Shown one piece after another: positions 19,727-26,734 of a stretch of 32,000 bases of DNA. Every line of letters begins with the position of its first letter. Position 1 is the first letter of the stretch. The DNA lies in the NCBI RefSeq assembly GCF_019464535.1, contig NZ_CP080507.1:1500001-1532000 (forward strand). Direction: 5' to 3'. Both the position numbers and the translations under genes were made by a program. The notes beneath the pieces were generated by a model, which was given only the letters and a program-made list of their open reading frames with translations, did no database searches and was not told where the DNA came from. Origin of the DNA: Horticoccus luteus (GTDB taxonomy: Bacteria > Verrucomicrobiota > Verrucomicrobiia > Opitutales > Opitutaceae).

Positions 19727-21060
19727 TCCCTGTCACGTCTATGAAAACGTATCGTTTTTTCCTTCTCGCGGCGCTCGTGGGCGGCGTGTTGCAAGCGGCT
19801 CCGGCTCCGGCGACGGCACCGACGCCGACCCAGTTTGATTTGAACGGCGCGATTCGTTACGCGCTCGATCACAACTTCGACATCCGGCAGGCGCGTGAGC
19901 GCATCAAGCAGCAGGAAGGCGTCGTGCTTGAGGTGCGCTCGGCAGAAATCCCGAACGTCACCGCCTCCGGCAGTGTGCAGCTTAACGACCGCGACATTTC
20001 CACGACGGTCCCGCAAAGTGACAGCACGTGGGGCCTGACCATCCGCGCCACGCAGTTGATCGTCGGCGGCGGGGTGCGGCCGGCGGTGAGAAGTGCGGAG
20101 CTCGTGAAAGAAGCGGCGATCCTGGAGCTGCAGGCGCAGATCAACTTCTCGCTGTTCGACGTGCGCACGCGTTTCTACGACGTTTTGCTCAACCGCGAGA
20201 AGATCAAGGTGCAGGAGCAGAACATCGACCTGCTCAAACAACAGCTCCGCGAAACCACGGATCGGTTTAATGCCGGCACCGTGTCGGCGTTTGAAAAGCT
20301 CCGCTCCGAAGTCGCGCTCGCCAACGGCCAGGTGCCGCTCATCACGGCGCGCAACGATTACCGCATCGCGCTGGAGCAATTGCGCCAGGCGGTGGGTTTG
20401 GTGTCGACGCCCGGCGTCGAAGCGCCTCTCGACGTTGTCGGCACCCTCGAATTTTCGCCGACCGATTTCGATCTCGATGCGGCCTTGGGAGCGGCGCGCG
20501 CGCACCGCCCGGAACTGGCCCGACTCGAGCGGCTGGTGAAAGCGAACGAGGAAGCGGTGAGTTCGCACCGCGCCGGCTACTATCCCAACCTTTCGCTGTT
20601 CGGCGGGTATCAGTTGGGCAAAGGCGGGACCAATCGGTTTGAGGATTCGCGCAATGGTTTCCTCGTCGGTCTGCAATCGCAGTGGAACATCTTCGACGGT
20701 CGCGCCACCGCAGGTCGCGTGGCGCAGGCGGCGTCGTTGCTCGAGCAAAGCAAACTGGCGCTGGGTCAGCAGACACTCGCGATCGAGGTGCAGGTGCGGC
20801 AGGCCGTCTCGGGATTGCAGGAAGCGAATGAGCTTTCGCAGGCCACGCAGAAGACCGTCGCGCAAGCCGAGGAGAGTCTGCGGCTCGCCAACGCCCGTTA
20901 CCAAGCCGGCTCGGCGACGCAGCTCGATGTTTTGACCGCGCAGGTCGATTTGACGCAGGCCCGCACGAATTTGCTGCAGGCCTATTACAACTATAACACC
21001 GCGTTCGCCAATTTCCGCACGGCCACCGGCCAGGCGGATCCCGTGATCGCGGCGCCCTGA
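19723..21060 (+). CDS. TolC-family outer membrane efflux channel
   Basis: 445 aa from ATG 19723 (ATGA overlap with the RND stop). The alternative ATG 19741 gives a cleaner signal peptide, MKTYRFFLLAALVGGVLQAAPAPA. There are two OEP-type repeats (LNGAIRYALDHNFDIRQA..., LDAALGAARAHRPELARLE...) and the C-terminal ...LLQAYYNYNTAFANFRTATG. Confidence 0.9.
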   Translation: MIPVTSMKTYRFFLLAALVGGVLQAAPAPATAPTPTQFDLNGAIRYALDHNFDIRQARERIKQQEGVVLEVRSAEIPNVTASGSVQLNDRDISTTVPQSDSTWGLTIRATQLIVGGGVRPAVRSAELVKEAAILELQAQINFSLFDVRTRFYDVLLNREKIKVQEQNIDLLKQQLRETTDRFNAGTVSAFEKLRSEVALANGQVPLITARNDYRIALEQLRQAVGLVSTPGVEAPLDVVGTLEFSPTDFDLDAALGAARAHRPELARLERLVKANEEAVSSHRAGYYPNLSLFGGYQLGKGGTNRFEDSRNGFLVGLQSQWNIFDGRATAGRVAQAASLLEQSKLALGQQTLAIEVQVRQAVSGLQEANELSQATQKTVAQAEESLRLANARYQAGSATQLDVLTAQVDLTQARTNLLQAYYNYNTAFANFRTATGQADPVIAAP

Positions 21061-21146
21061 AGCGGCATCAGCCAGCCGCGGGCCAGGCGCGGCAGGTGAT
21101 CCATTGTCCGCAACTCCTTTCGGGTAACTGTGTCTTCCTCCCGCTC

Positions 21147-24095
21147 ATGAAAATAGTCCGCGTAGTCCTGATCGTAGTTGGGGCCGTCGTGGTGCTGTTG
21201 GCTGGCGCGGTCGCGATCGCCTTCACGTCCGGCTTCCAAACCTGGGCCGCCCGGAAGGCGCTGGCGGGACAAAGCGGCGTGGTGACGTCGCTCGATCGCG
21301 TCGACGCAGGCTGGCAGAAGACCGTGGTCAGCGGCATCACGGTGCGCACCGCCGGGGCGATGGTAACCGTGCCGCGCGTAGAACTGGACGTGCCATTGCT
21401 GCCGGCCGCGAGCCGGCGCGTGGAAATCAAGAAACTCGTCGCGCAGGGCTGGACAGTCGACCTCACGCCCGGCGGCACCGCCGTGGATGCCACGACCGCG
21501 GCGCAAGCGACCTCGGCGCAGGCGGCGGCGGTGTTTCGGGGCGTGTTGAGCGAACTGCAACTGCCGGTCGCCTTGACCATCGGCACAGTGGACTTGGAAG
21601 GCGTCGTGGTGTTGCCGGCGGCGGCCGGGCAAGCGCCTTTGCGGATGCAGGTGAAATTGACGGGCGGCGATCTCGGTCCGGGGCGGCCGGGCACGTTTAC
21701 GCTCGATGCGGCGGCGACGCTCGCCGCCGATGCGCCGGTGCACAGTCTCAAGGCGCACAGCGTCATCACCGCGGCGATGGACACCGCGAGCACGTTTTCG
21801 CATCTGGCGGTGACAACCGAGCTCGATGCCAACGGCCCGCAGCTCGCCGCGCCGGCGCATTTGGTTGTGCTGACCACGGCGGATCGCGATGGCGGCGGAG
21901 AGACCTACGCGACGAATATCGCCAGTGGCGGCCGGACGTTGTTGAAGGTGCACGCTGATTTTCCGGCGCAGGCGACCAAGCTGACCGGGACGTGGGAAAT
22001 CGCGATGGGCGACGCCGACGTCGCGCCTTACACCTTGGGGCTGCCGTTGCCGCAGTTTCGCGTGGAAGGAGGGGGAGAATTTTCCACCGAGGCGTCGTTC
22101 GCCACAGTGGCGGCGAGTGGCAAACTGGATGTGGCGACCGACAAACTCGCGAACGTGCGGCCGGACCTCGGGGTGCTGGGCGCGTTGAAGATCACGGCGG
22201 ATTTCGACGTGAGGCACGAGGGCGGGGCGACCGTGCGCGTCAACCGCCTGACGGCGGCCGTGGCGGGTGCGAAGCCGGTGCTGCACGTGCAGGCACTGCA
22301 GCCATTCGCCTTCAATCCGCAGACGGCGGAGCTCAAGATCGCCGATCCGGCAAAAGAGTTGTTGGAGCTGACGATCGATGGCGTGCCGCTCGCGTGGGCG
22401 CGGCCGTTTCTGTCGGAGATGAACATCAGCGGGAGCGATGTGCAGGGGCAGTTTTTTCTATCGCCGCGCACCGGAGGATTGTCGCTGCGGGCGCGGACGC
22501 CGCTCGCGGTGAAAGGCGTCACGGTGGCGGTGGCGGGGCAGGCGTTGGTGCGCGATCTCGATGTCGCGTTGTCCCCGAGTTTCGATTTCACGGCGCAGGG
22601 CTGGCAGGCGGGATCGGGCGATCTCAGCGTGCGCAGCGGCGGTGCGTTACTTTTTGCACTCAATGCCCGCGCCGGTCGGCTCGCGGGCGGACACGATCCG
22701 TTGAAGGCGACGGGGGAGTGGTCGGCTAGTCTGCCCGCGTTACTCACGCAGCCGCTCTTCGCGGGCAAACTGGCTTTGAAGCAAGGTGAAGCGACGGGGA
22801 ATTTTGCCGCCTCGGTTGATGGCCGGCAGGAGGTGCAGGCCAAGATCGCGCTCACGAAACTGGCGGCGGATCCGGCGCCGTCGGCGCCGCCGTTACCGAA
22901 TGTCACGCTGGAACTGCGCGCGAGCGTCGACCCCGATCACACCGTGACATTCACCGTGCCGATCGCGGTCGAGCGCCAAGGACGCAAGTCGGATTTGAAT
23001 CTCGCGGGGACATTGAGCCACTCCGCGCACCAGCCGGTGATCGATGCCCGGGTGACCAGCGATTATGTGTGGTTGGATGATTTGCAGCCTCTCGCGGCAC
23101 CGCTCGCATCGGGCGGTGATAGAGCGCCCGGCGAACCGGCGGGACGCGACGCTTCGCCGATTTGGGCGGGCGTGAGCGGGAAGATTTCGCTGGCGTTGAA
23201 GAAGGTCGTTTACGGGACGGACTACGAGCTGACCAATATCACGGGCACCGTCACCCTCGACGCGGGGGCGGCGAAACTCGATGCATTCCAAGCCCGTCTC
23301 GGCGCCGACAGCGACGTGCGCGCCAACGGAGCGGTGACGTTCGACACGCAGGCGGCGCGGCCCTACGCGCTCAAGGCGGATGTGCAGGTGGCAAATTTCG
23401 ATCCAGGGCCATTGTTCAAGGCGCTCAAGCCCGGACAGCCTGCGACCGTGGAAGGGATATTTAACGCGACCAGCACGCTCCGGGCGGACGGTGAGAATAT
23501 CGGTAACTTGATCAATCGCGCCCGCGGTGATGTGACGTTGACCAGCAAGGGCGGGAAATTCCGGGCGTTGTCGGCGGACTTGTCGGATAAAATTCAAAAA
23601 TCGTCGTCCACCGTCGCGGCGATCGGCGGTTTGATCGGTGCGGTGACGGGAAAATCGCAACCGGCGGAATATGCGAACAAGAGCCAGGTCGCGGCGGATA
23701 TTGCGAAGGCGCTTTCCGATATCGCCTACGATCAGATGACCGTCGATCTCACGCGCGATGACGCGCTGAATTTCAAGGTGAAGGACTTTTCACTGATCTC
23801 ACCCGAGGTGCGATTGACCGGCACGGGGGAAATTCGGCACGCGGAGAACGTGCCGATCTTGAAGAGTGCCATGGCGCTCTCGTTTCAGCTCGGGGCGCGC
23901 GGGAAGCTGGGCGAGAAGATGAAACACGTGAGCCTGCTCGCGGCGACCACCGACGCGCTTGGCTACACGACGTGCAATATTCCGCTGAAGATCGGCGGCA
24001 CGCTCGAAAACCCGGACGCGAGCAGCTGGCAGAACGCGTTGCTCAAGGCGGCCCTCGAAAAATCCGGCTTGTTCAACGAACTCCTGGGCAAGTAA
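21147..24095 (+). CDS. AsmA-like large envelope protein (N-terminal membrane anchor, long beta-rich body, AsmA-type C-terminus)
   Basis: The track ORF starts at 21096; ATG 21147 gives MKIVRVVLIVVGAVVVLLAGAVAIAF (anchor). About 980 aa of Ala/Gly/Thr/Val-rich repetitive beta-like sequence follows. The C-terminal part (...FKVKDFSLISPEVRLTGTGEI...NIPLKIGGTLENPDAS...) resembles the AsmA/TamB-type C-terminus as I remember it. The family call is unverified. Confidence 0.55.
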   Translation: MKIVRVVLIVVGAVVVLLAGAVAIAFTSGFQTWAARKALAGQSGVVTSLDRVDAGWQKTVVSGITVRTAGAMVTVPRVELDVPLLPAASRRVEIKKLVAQGWTVDLTPGGTAVDATTAAQATSAQAAAVFRGVLSELQLPVALTIGTVDLEGVVVLPAAAGQAPLRMQVKLTGGDLGPGRPGTFTLDAAATLAADAPVHSLKAHSVITAAMDTASTFSHLAVTTELDANGPQLAAPAHLVVLTTADRDGGGETYATNIASGGRTLLKVHADFPAQATKLTGTWEIAMGDADVAPYTLGLPLPQFRVEGGGEFSTEASFATVAASGKLDVATDKLANVRPDLGVLGALKITADFDVRHEGGATVRVNRLTAAVAGAKPVLHVQALQPFAFNPQTAELKIADPAKELLELTIDGVPLAWARPFLSEMNISGSDVQGQFFLSPRTGGLSLRARTPLAVKGVTVAVAGQALVRDLDVALSPSFDFTAQGWQAGSGDLSVRSGGALLFALNARAGRLAGGHDPLKATGEWSASLPALLTQPLFAGKLALKQGEATGNFAASVDGRQEVQAKIALTKLAADPAPSAPPLPNVTLELRASVDPDHTVTFTVPIAVERQGRKSDLNLAGTLSHSAHQPVIDARVTSDYVWLDDLQPLAAPLASGGDRAPGEPAGRDASPIWAGVSGKISLALKKVVYGTDYELTNITGTVTLDAGAAKLDAFQARLGADSDVRANGAVTFDTQAARPYALKADVQVANFDPGPLFKALKPGQPATVEGIFNATSTLRADGENIGNLINRARGDVTLTSKGGKFRALSADLSDKIQKSSSTVAAIGGLIGAVTGKSQPAEYANKSQVAADIAKALSDIAYDQMTVDLTRDDALNFKVKDFSLISPEVRLTGTGEIRHAENVPILKSAMALSFQLGARGKLGEKMKHVSLLAATTDALGYTTCNIPLKIGGTLENPDASSWQNALLKAALEKSGLFNELLGK

Positions 24096-24126
24096 CGCTC
24101 GGCGCGGGCGCGAACGTCCGCTGCGG

Positions 24127-24795
24127 TCACGTCAGATGGAAGCCGAGCGCATCAAGCTCGGAGAGGTGAAAGGGCGCGCTGGCGATCACGTCCTGCAAGA
24201 GAGTCCACGCATCCGCGAGTCGCTCGGTCTGGGCAATCGCGAGTCCGTCGTCGCTGTCGTGGAGGTGCAGTTCCCAGGCCGCCGCTGCGTCGGCGGAGAG
24301 CTGGAGCAGAGTGCCGTGAAGATAATTGCCCGGAATGCCGGGGTGCGGCCCGCCGCCCGGGACGAGAAACAAGCTGCGCACGGCGTCGTGGGCGATGATG
24401 CCGGCGTGCTTGCGATGTTGCACCGTCCGCCCCGCGACCGCGAGACGCAGCGCCTCGGCTTTCGGGCGGGACGCCGCAGGGAGTGATTGCACGTAGCGTG
24501 TGAAGATCGCGTCGTTGGGTTCCAGCGCGTCGGCTGAAATCTCGCCGGCGGCGAGCGCCGCGAGGTTGGCCGCATGGAAGGAGGGTTTGGCCGCGAGGGA
24601 GCGCGCGGTGACGTAGGCATCCTTATGCTCCGCGTGAGCGAAGACTTGATGCGAGGAACGCAGGCGCACGAGTGCGTCCTGGTAGGCGGGAGTGTGCGGC
24701 ACGGCGCCGGTGGGACTGTGGTCGATAAAGTCGAGGACAGTTTGATCGTATGCGTCGTGGGGGCCGTGACTCATGTGGGCCGAGCGTGGCAGCAA
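24127..24795 (-). CDS. Hypothetical His-rich cytoplasmic protein, no family recognised
   Basis: 222-aa ORF from TTG 24795; the first ATG is 24774 (MSHGPHDAYDQ..., 215 aa). It shows the strong C-ending codon bias and G-rich first positions of real - strand genes here, while the overlapping + frame ORF is a GNN shadow. There are 17-18 His (about 8 percent), often as H-x-H or H-x2-H (AHAEHKD, VQHRKHAGIIAHD, ELHLHDSDD). No signal peptide or TM segment. Confidence 0.6.
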   Translation of the reverse strand: MLPRSAHMSHGPHDAYDQTVLDFIDHSPTGAVPHTPAYQDALVRLRSSHQVFAHAEHKDAYVTARSLAAKPSFHAANLAALAAGEISADALEPNDAIFTRYVQSLPAASRPKAEALRLAVAGRTVQHRKHAGIIAHDAVRSLFLVPGGGPHPGIPGNYLHGTLLQLSADAAAAWELHLHDSDDGLAIAQTERLADAWTLLQDVIASAPFHLSELDALGFHLT

Positions 24796-24932
24796 CCGGC
24801 GTCGTTGACGAGGGCCATCTCAGGGCGGTGCGTTACGAGTGGGGCGGAGAGGCGTGGAGAATCGATAACCTGCGGGCACGAGGGTGGGGTGCAGGAGGAA
24901 ATAGCGATGCGTCGTGAGGGAAGTTCGCGGGG

Positions 24933-25967
24933 TTGCGGCTTGTGGCGGCGAGAGAGCCGCACCAGCGTGAGCCGGTGATCGCGTCGGTCCATTTTCAACG
25001 ATTCAAGGCGCTCCGGGATACGCGTCTGAACTTGCTGCCGTTTAACCTCGTGATTGGCCCCAACGGCAGCGGCAAGACGAGTTTGTTGCAGGCGATCGAG
25101 CGTTTGTGCGCTCTTGCGAAGCTTCCGCTGGCCACGGAGGAAGTGGCGGGGCGCACCGATGCGGCGGAAGTGAGTTTCACGTTCACGGCACCTCACGCGC
25201 ACGTGGAAGCGCGGCTGGGGTGCGTCGACGATCTGCGCTGCGATTTGCTGCGGACCTCGGCGGCGGGCCCGGAATGGGAGGCGTTGCGGGAAAAATTGCG
25301 GCGCGGGCGGAATTACGCGTTCGACCCGGCGACACTGGCTTTGCCGGCGAGGCGGGCAGAAGGAGGGGAACTGGCGGGCGACGGCAGAAACCTGGCGGCG
25401 GTGCTGGCGATGCGCCAGGAACGCCATCCGGGATGGTTTGCGCGAATGGAACAGGAATTTCTGCGCGTGATGCCGGAATTTTCTGCGCTCTCTTTCAGCA
25501 CGCCCGCGGCGGAGCAGGTGGCGTTGGAAATGGTGCTCGCGGGGAGCGAGCGTGGCGCGCGCGTGGCCGCCGACGATGTTTCCCAAGGCACGTTGGTGTT
25601 GCTGGCGTTGCTGGCCCTCGCGTTCGATCCGGCGCCACCGCCGATCATGTGTTTCGACGAAGTGGAGCGGGGCCTCCATCCGCGACTGCTGCGCGAAGTG
25701 CGGGATACCCTCTATCGCCTGAGTTATCCACTGACGGTGAACGAGACGCGGGAGCCCGTGCAGATTGTGGCGACAACGCATTCGCCGTATTTGGTGGATC
25801 TCTTTCGCGAGCATCCGGAGGAGATCGTGATTTCGCACAAGATCGGCACGCGGGCGCATTTCGAGCGGTTGTCGGAGCGGAAGGATTTGCCGGGGTTGTT
25901 GGGCGAAGGTTCGCTGGGCGACATCTGGTTCAGCGGGATTCTGGGCGGGGTGCCCGAGGAGCGATGA
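24933..25967 (+). CDS. Compact ABC/OLD-type ATPase (AAA_21/AAA_15-like)
   Basis: The track start is TTG 24933. The in-frame GTG 24975 gives (M)IASVHFQRFKALRDTRLNL..., the usual N-terminus of this ATPase class. Motifs: Walker A GPNGSGKTS (25056-25082, Lys 25074-25076), signature-like VSQGTLVLL, Walker B IMCFDEVERGLHP (Asp-Glu 25656-25661) and H-loop ATTHSPYLVD. There is no long coiled-coil insert. Confidence 0.85.
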   Translation: MRLVAAREPHQREPVIASVHFQRFKALRDTRLNLLPFNLVIGPNGSGKTSLLQAIERLCALAKLPLATEEVAGRTDAAEVSFTFTAPHAHVEARLGCVDDLRCDLLRTSAAGPEWEALREKLRRGRNYAFDPATLALPARRAEGGELAGDGRNLAAVLAMRQERHPGWFARMEQEFLRVMPEFSALSFSTPAAEQVALEMVLAGSERGARVAADDVSQGTLVLLALLALAFDPAPPPIMCFDEVERGLHPRLLREVRDTLYRLSYPLTVNETREPVQIVATTHSPYLVDLFREHPEEIVISHKIGTRAHFERLSERKDLPGLLGEGSLGDIWFSGILGGVPEER

Positions 25968-26605
25968 GGCTGGCGATTTTGAGCGAATCGCCGGCGGACG
26001 AAGCGGCGTTGGAGGTGTGGATTGCGGGGCTGCTGCGGGCTCCGATCGAGCGGGTGCAGGCGAATCTGCGGGCGCGCGGCTGGCCGTCGGTCGTCCAGAT
26101 TTTGCCCGCGGTCATCCGGCATTTGCATTTCAACACGCCCGCGCAGGCATTGGTCGTCGTGGTCGATGCGGATGACTCCGTCGTGCACACCGAAGAGCAT
26201 GATCGCCCGGGATATTTTCATCCGCACTGCCGCATGTGTCGCGTGCGGGCGGTGTTTCGGCAGACGACGAAAAATCTGCCGCCCGCGCACGGACGCTCGG
26301 GCGTGCTGCGGGGCGTCGGCATCGCGGTGCCCGCGATCGAAGCATGGTATCTTTGTGGACGCGATCCAACGGTCACGGAGCTGGCGTGGCGCGACGGGCA
26401 GGCGACGGACCGGCAACCGTATTCGCGGGCGGAGTTGAAGTGGCGGGTTTACGGAACGGACCGGCCTTCGCTGCCGCTCGAAACGAGTCGGGCCGTCGAG
26501 GAGGCCAAGCGGCAGCAAAGCGATACGCGCCGGCTGGAGAGCGATTTTCCGGGTTTCGCGGCGCTGGCGCGCGATGTGCGAAGTTGGGTGAAAAGTGCGC
26601 GGTAG
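25964..26605 (+). CDS. Small TOPRIM-like protein (DUF4276-like), translationally coupled to the ATPase
   Basis: 213 aa. This is the real 3' third of the chimeric 499-aa track ORF 25106-26605. ATG 25964 overlaps the ATPase stop (ATGA). Motifs: MRLAILSES (strand + Glu, 25985-25987), LVVVVDADD (strand + DxDD, 26165-26176), HPHCRMC (26219-26239) and AIEAWYL (Glu 26339-26341). The motif order E...DxD fits a TOPRIM core; the family assignment is from memory and unverified. Confidence 0.6.
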   Translation: MRLAILSESPADEAALEVWIAGLLRAPIERVQANLRARGWPSVVQILPAVIRHLHFNTPAQALVVVVDADDSVVHTEEHDRPGYFHPHCRMCRVRAVFRQTTKNLPPAHGRSGVLRGVGIAVPAIEAWYLCGRDPTVTELAWRDGQATDRQPYSRAELKWRVYGTDRPSLPLETSRAVEEAKRQQSDTRRLESDFPGFAALARDVRSWVKSAR

Positions 26606-26734
26606 TGAAAGGGGTGCAGAGGAAGGGCACGAGACCGCGACGAGTGGAGGACGAGGCGGATGGAACCGGGATGCTTGGGGAAATAAGCTTTCCAAACGCG
26701 AGCGGGTGAGTCGCCATACGGCGTTGCGATCATC

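Noticed and set aside
19660-22286. 414-aa and 431-aa - strand ORFs
   Set aside because: They are antisense to the TolC-family and AsmA-like genes, with low-complexity Arg-rich translations.
25106-25963. 5' two-thirds of the 499-aa + ORF 25106-26605
   Set aside because: This part is an out-of-frame Gly/Arg-rich read through the ATPase gene. Only the segment from ATG 25964 (MRLAILSES...) looks like a protein and is coupled to the ATPase stop.
24771-26695. 362-aa and 323-aa - strand ORFs opposite the ATPase/TOPRIM pair
   Set aside because: They are Arg/Pro/His/Gln-rich CNN-type shadows of G-ending + strand codons.
24096-26734. Possibility that the His-rich gene + ATPase/TOPRIM pair is a recently acquired genomic islet
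   Set aside because: I saw no flanking direct repeats, tRNA, integrase or transposase, and codon usage follows the same strand-specific pattern as the neighbours. Acquisition cannot be supported from this window alone, and the functional hypothesis is kept separately.
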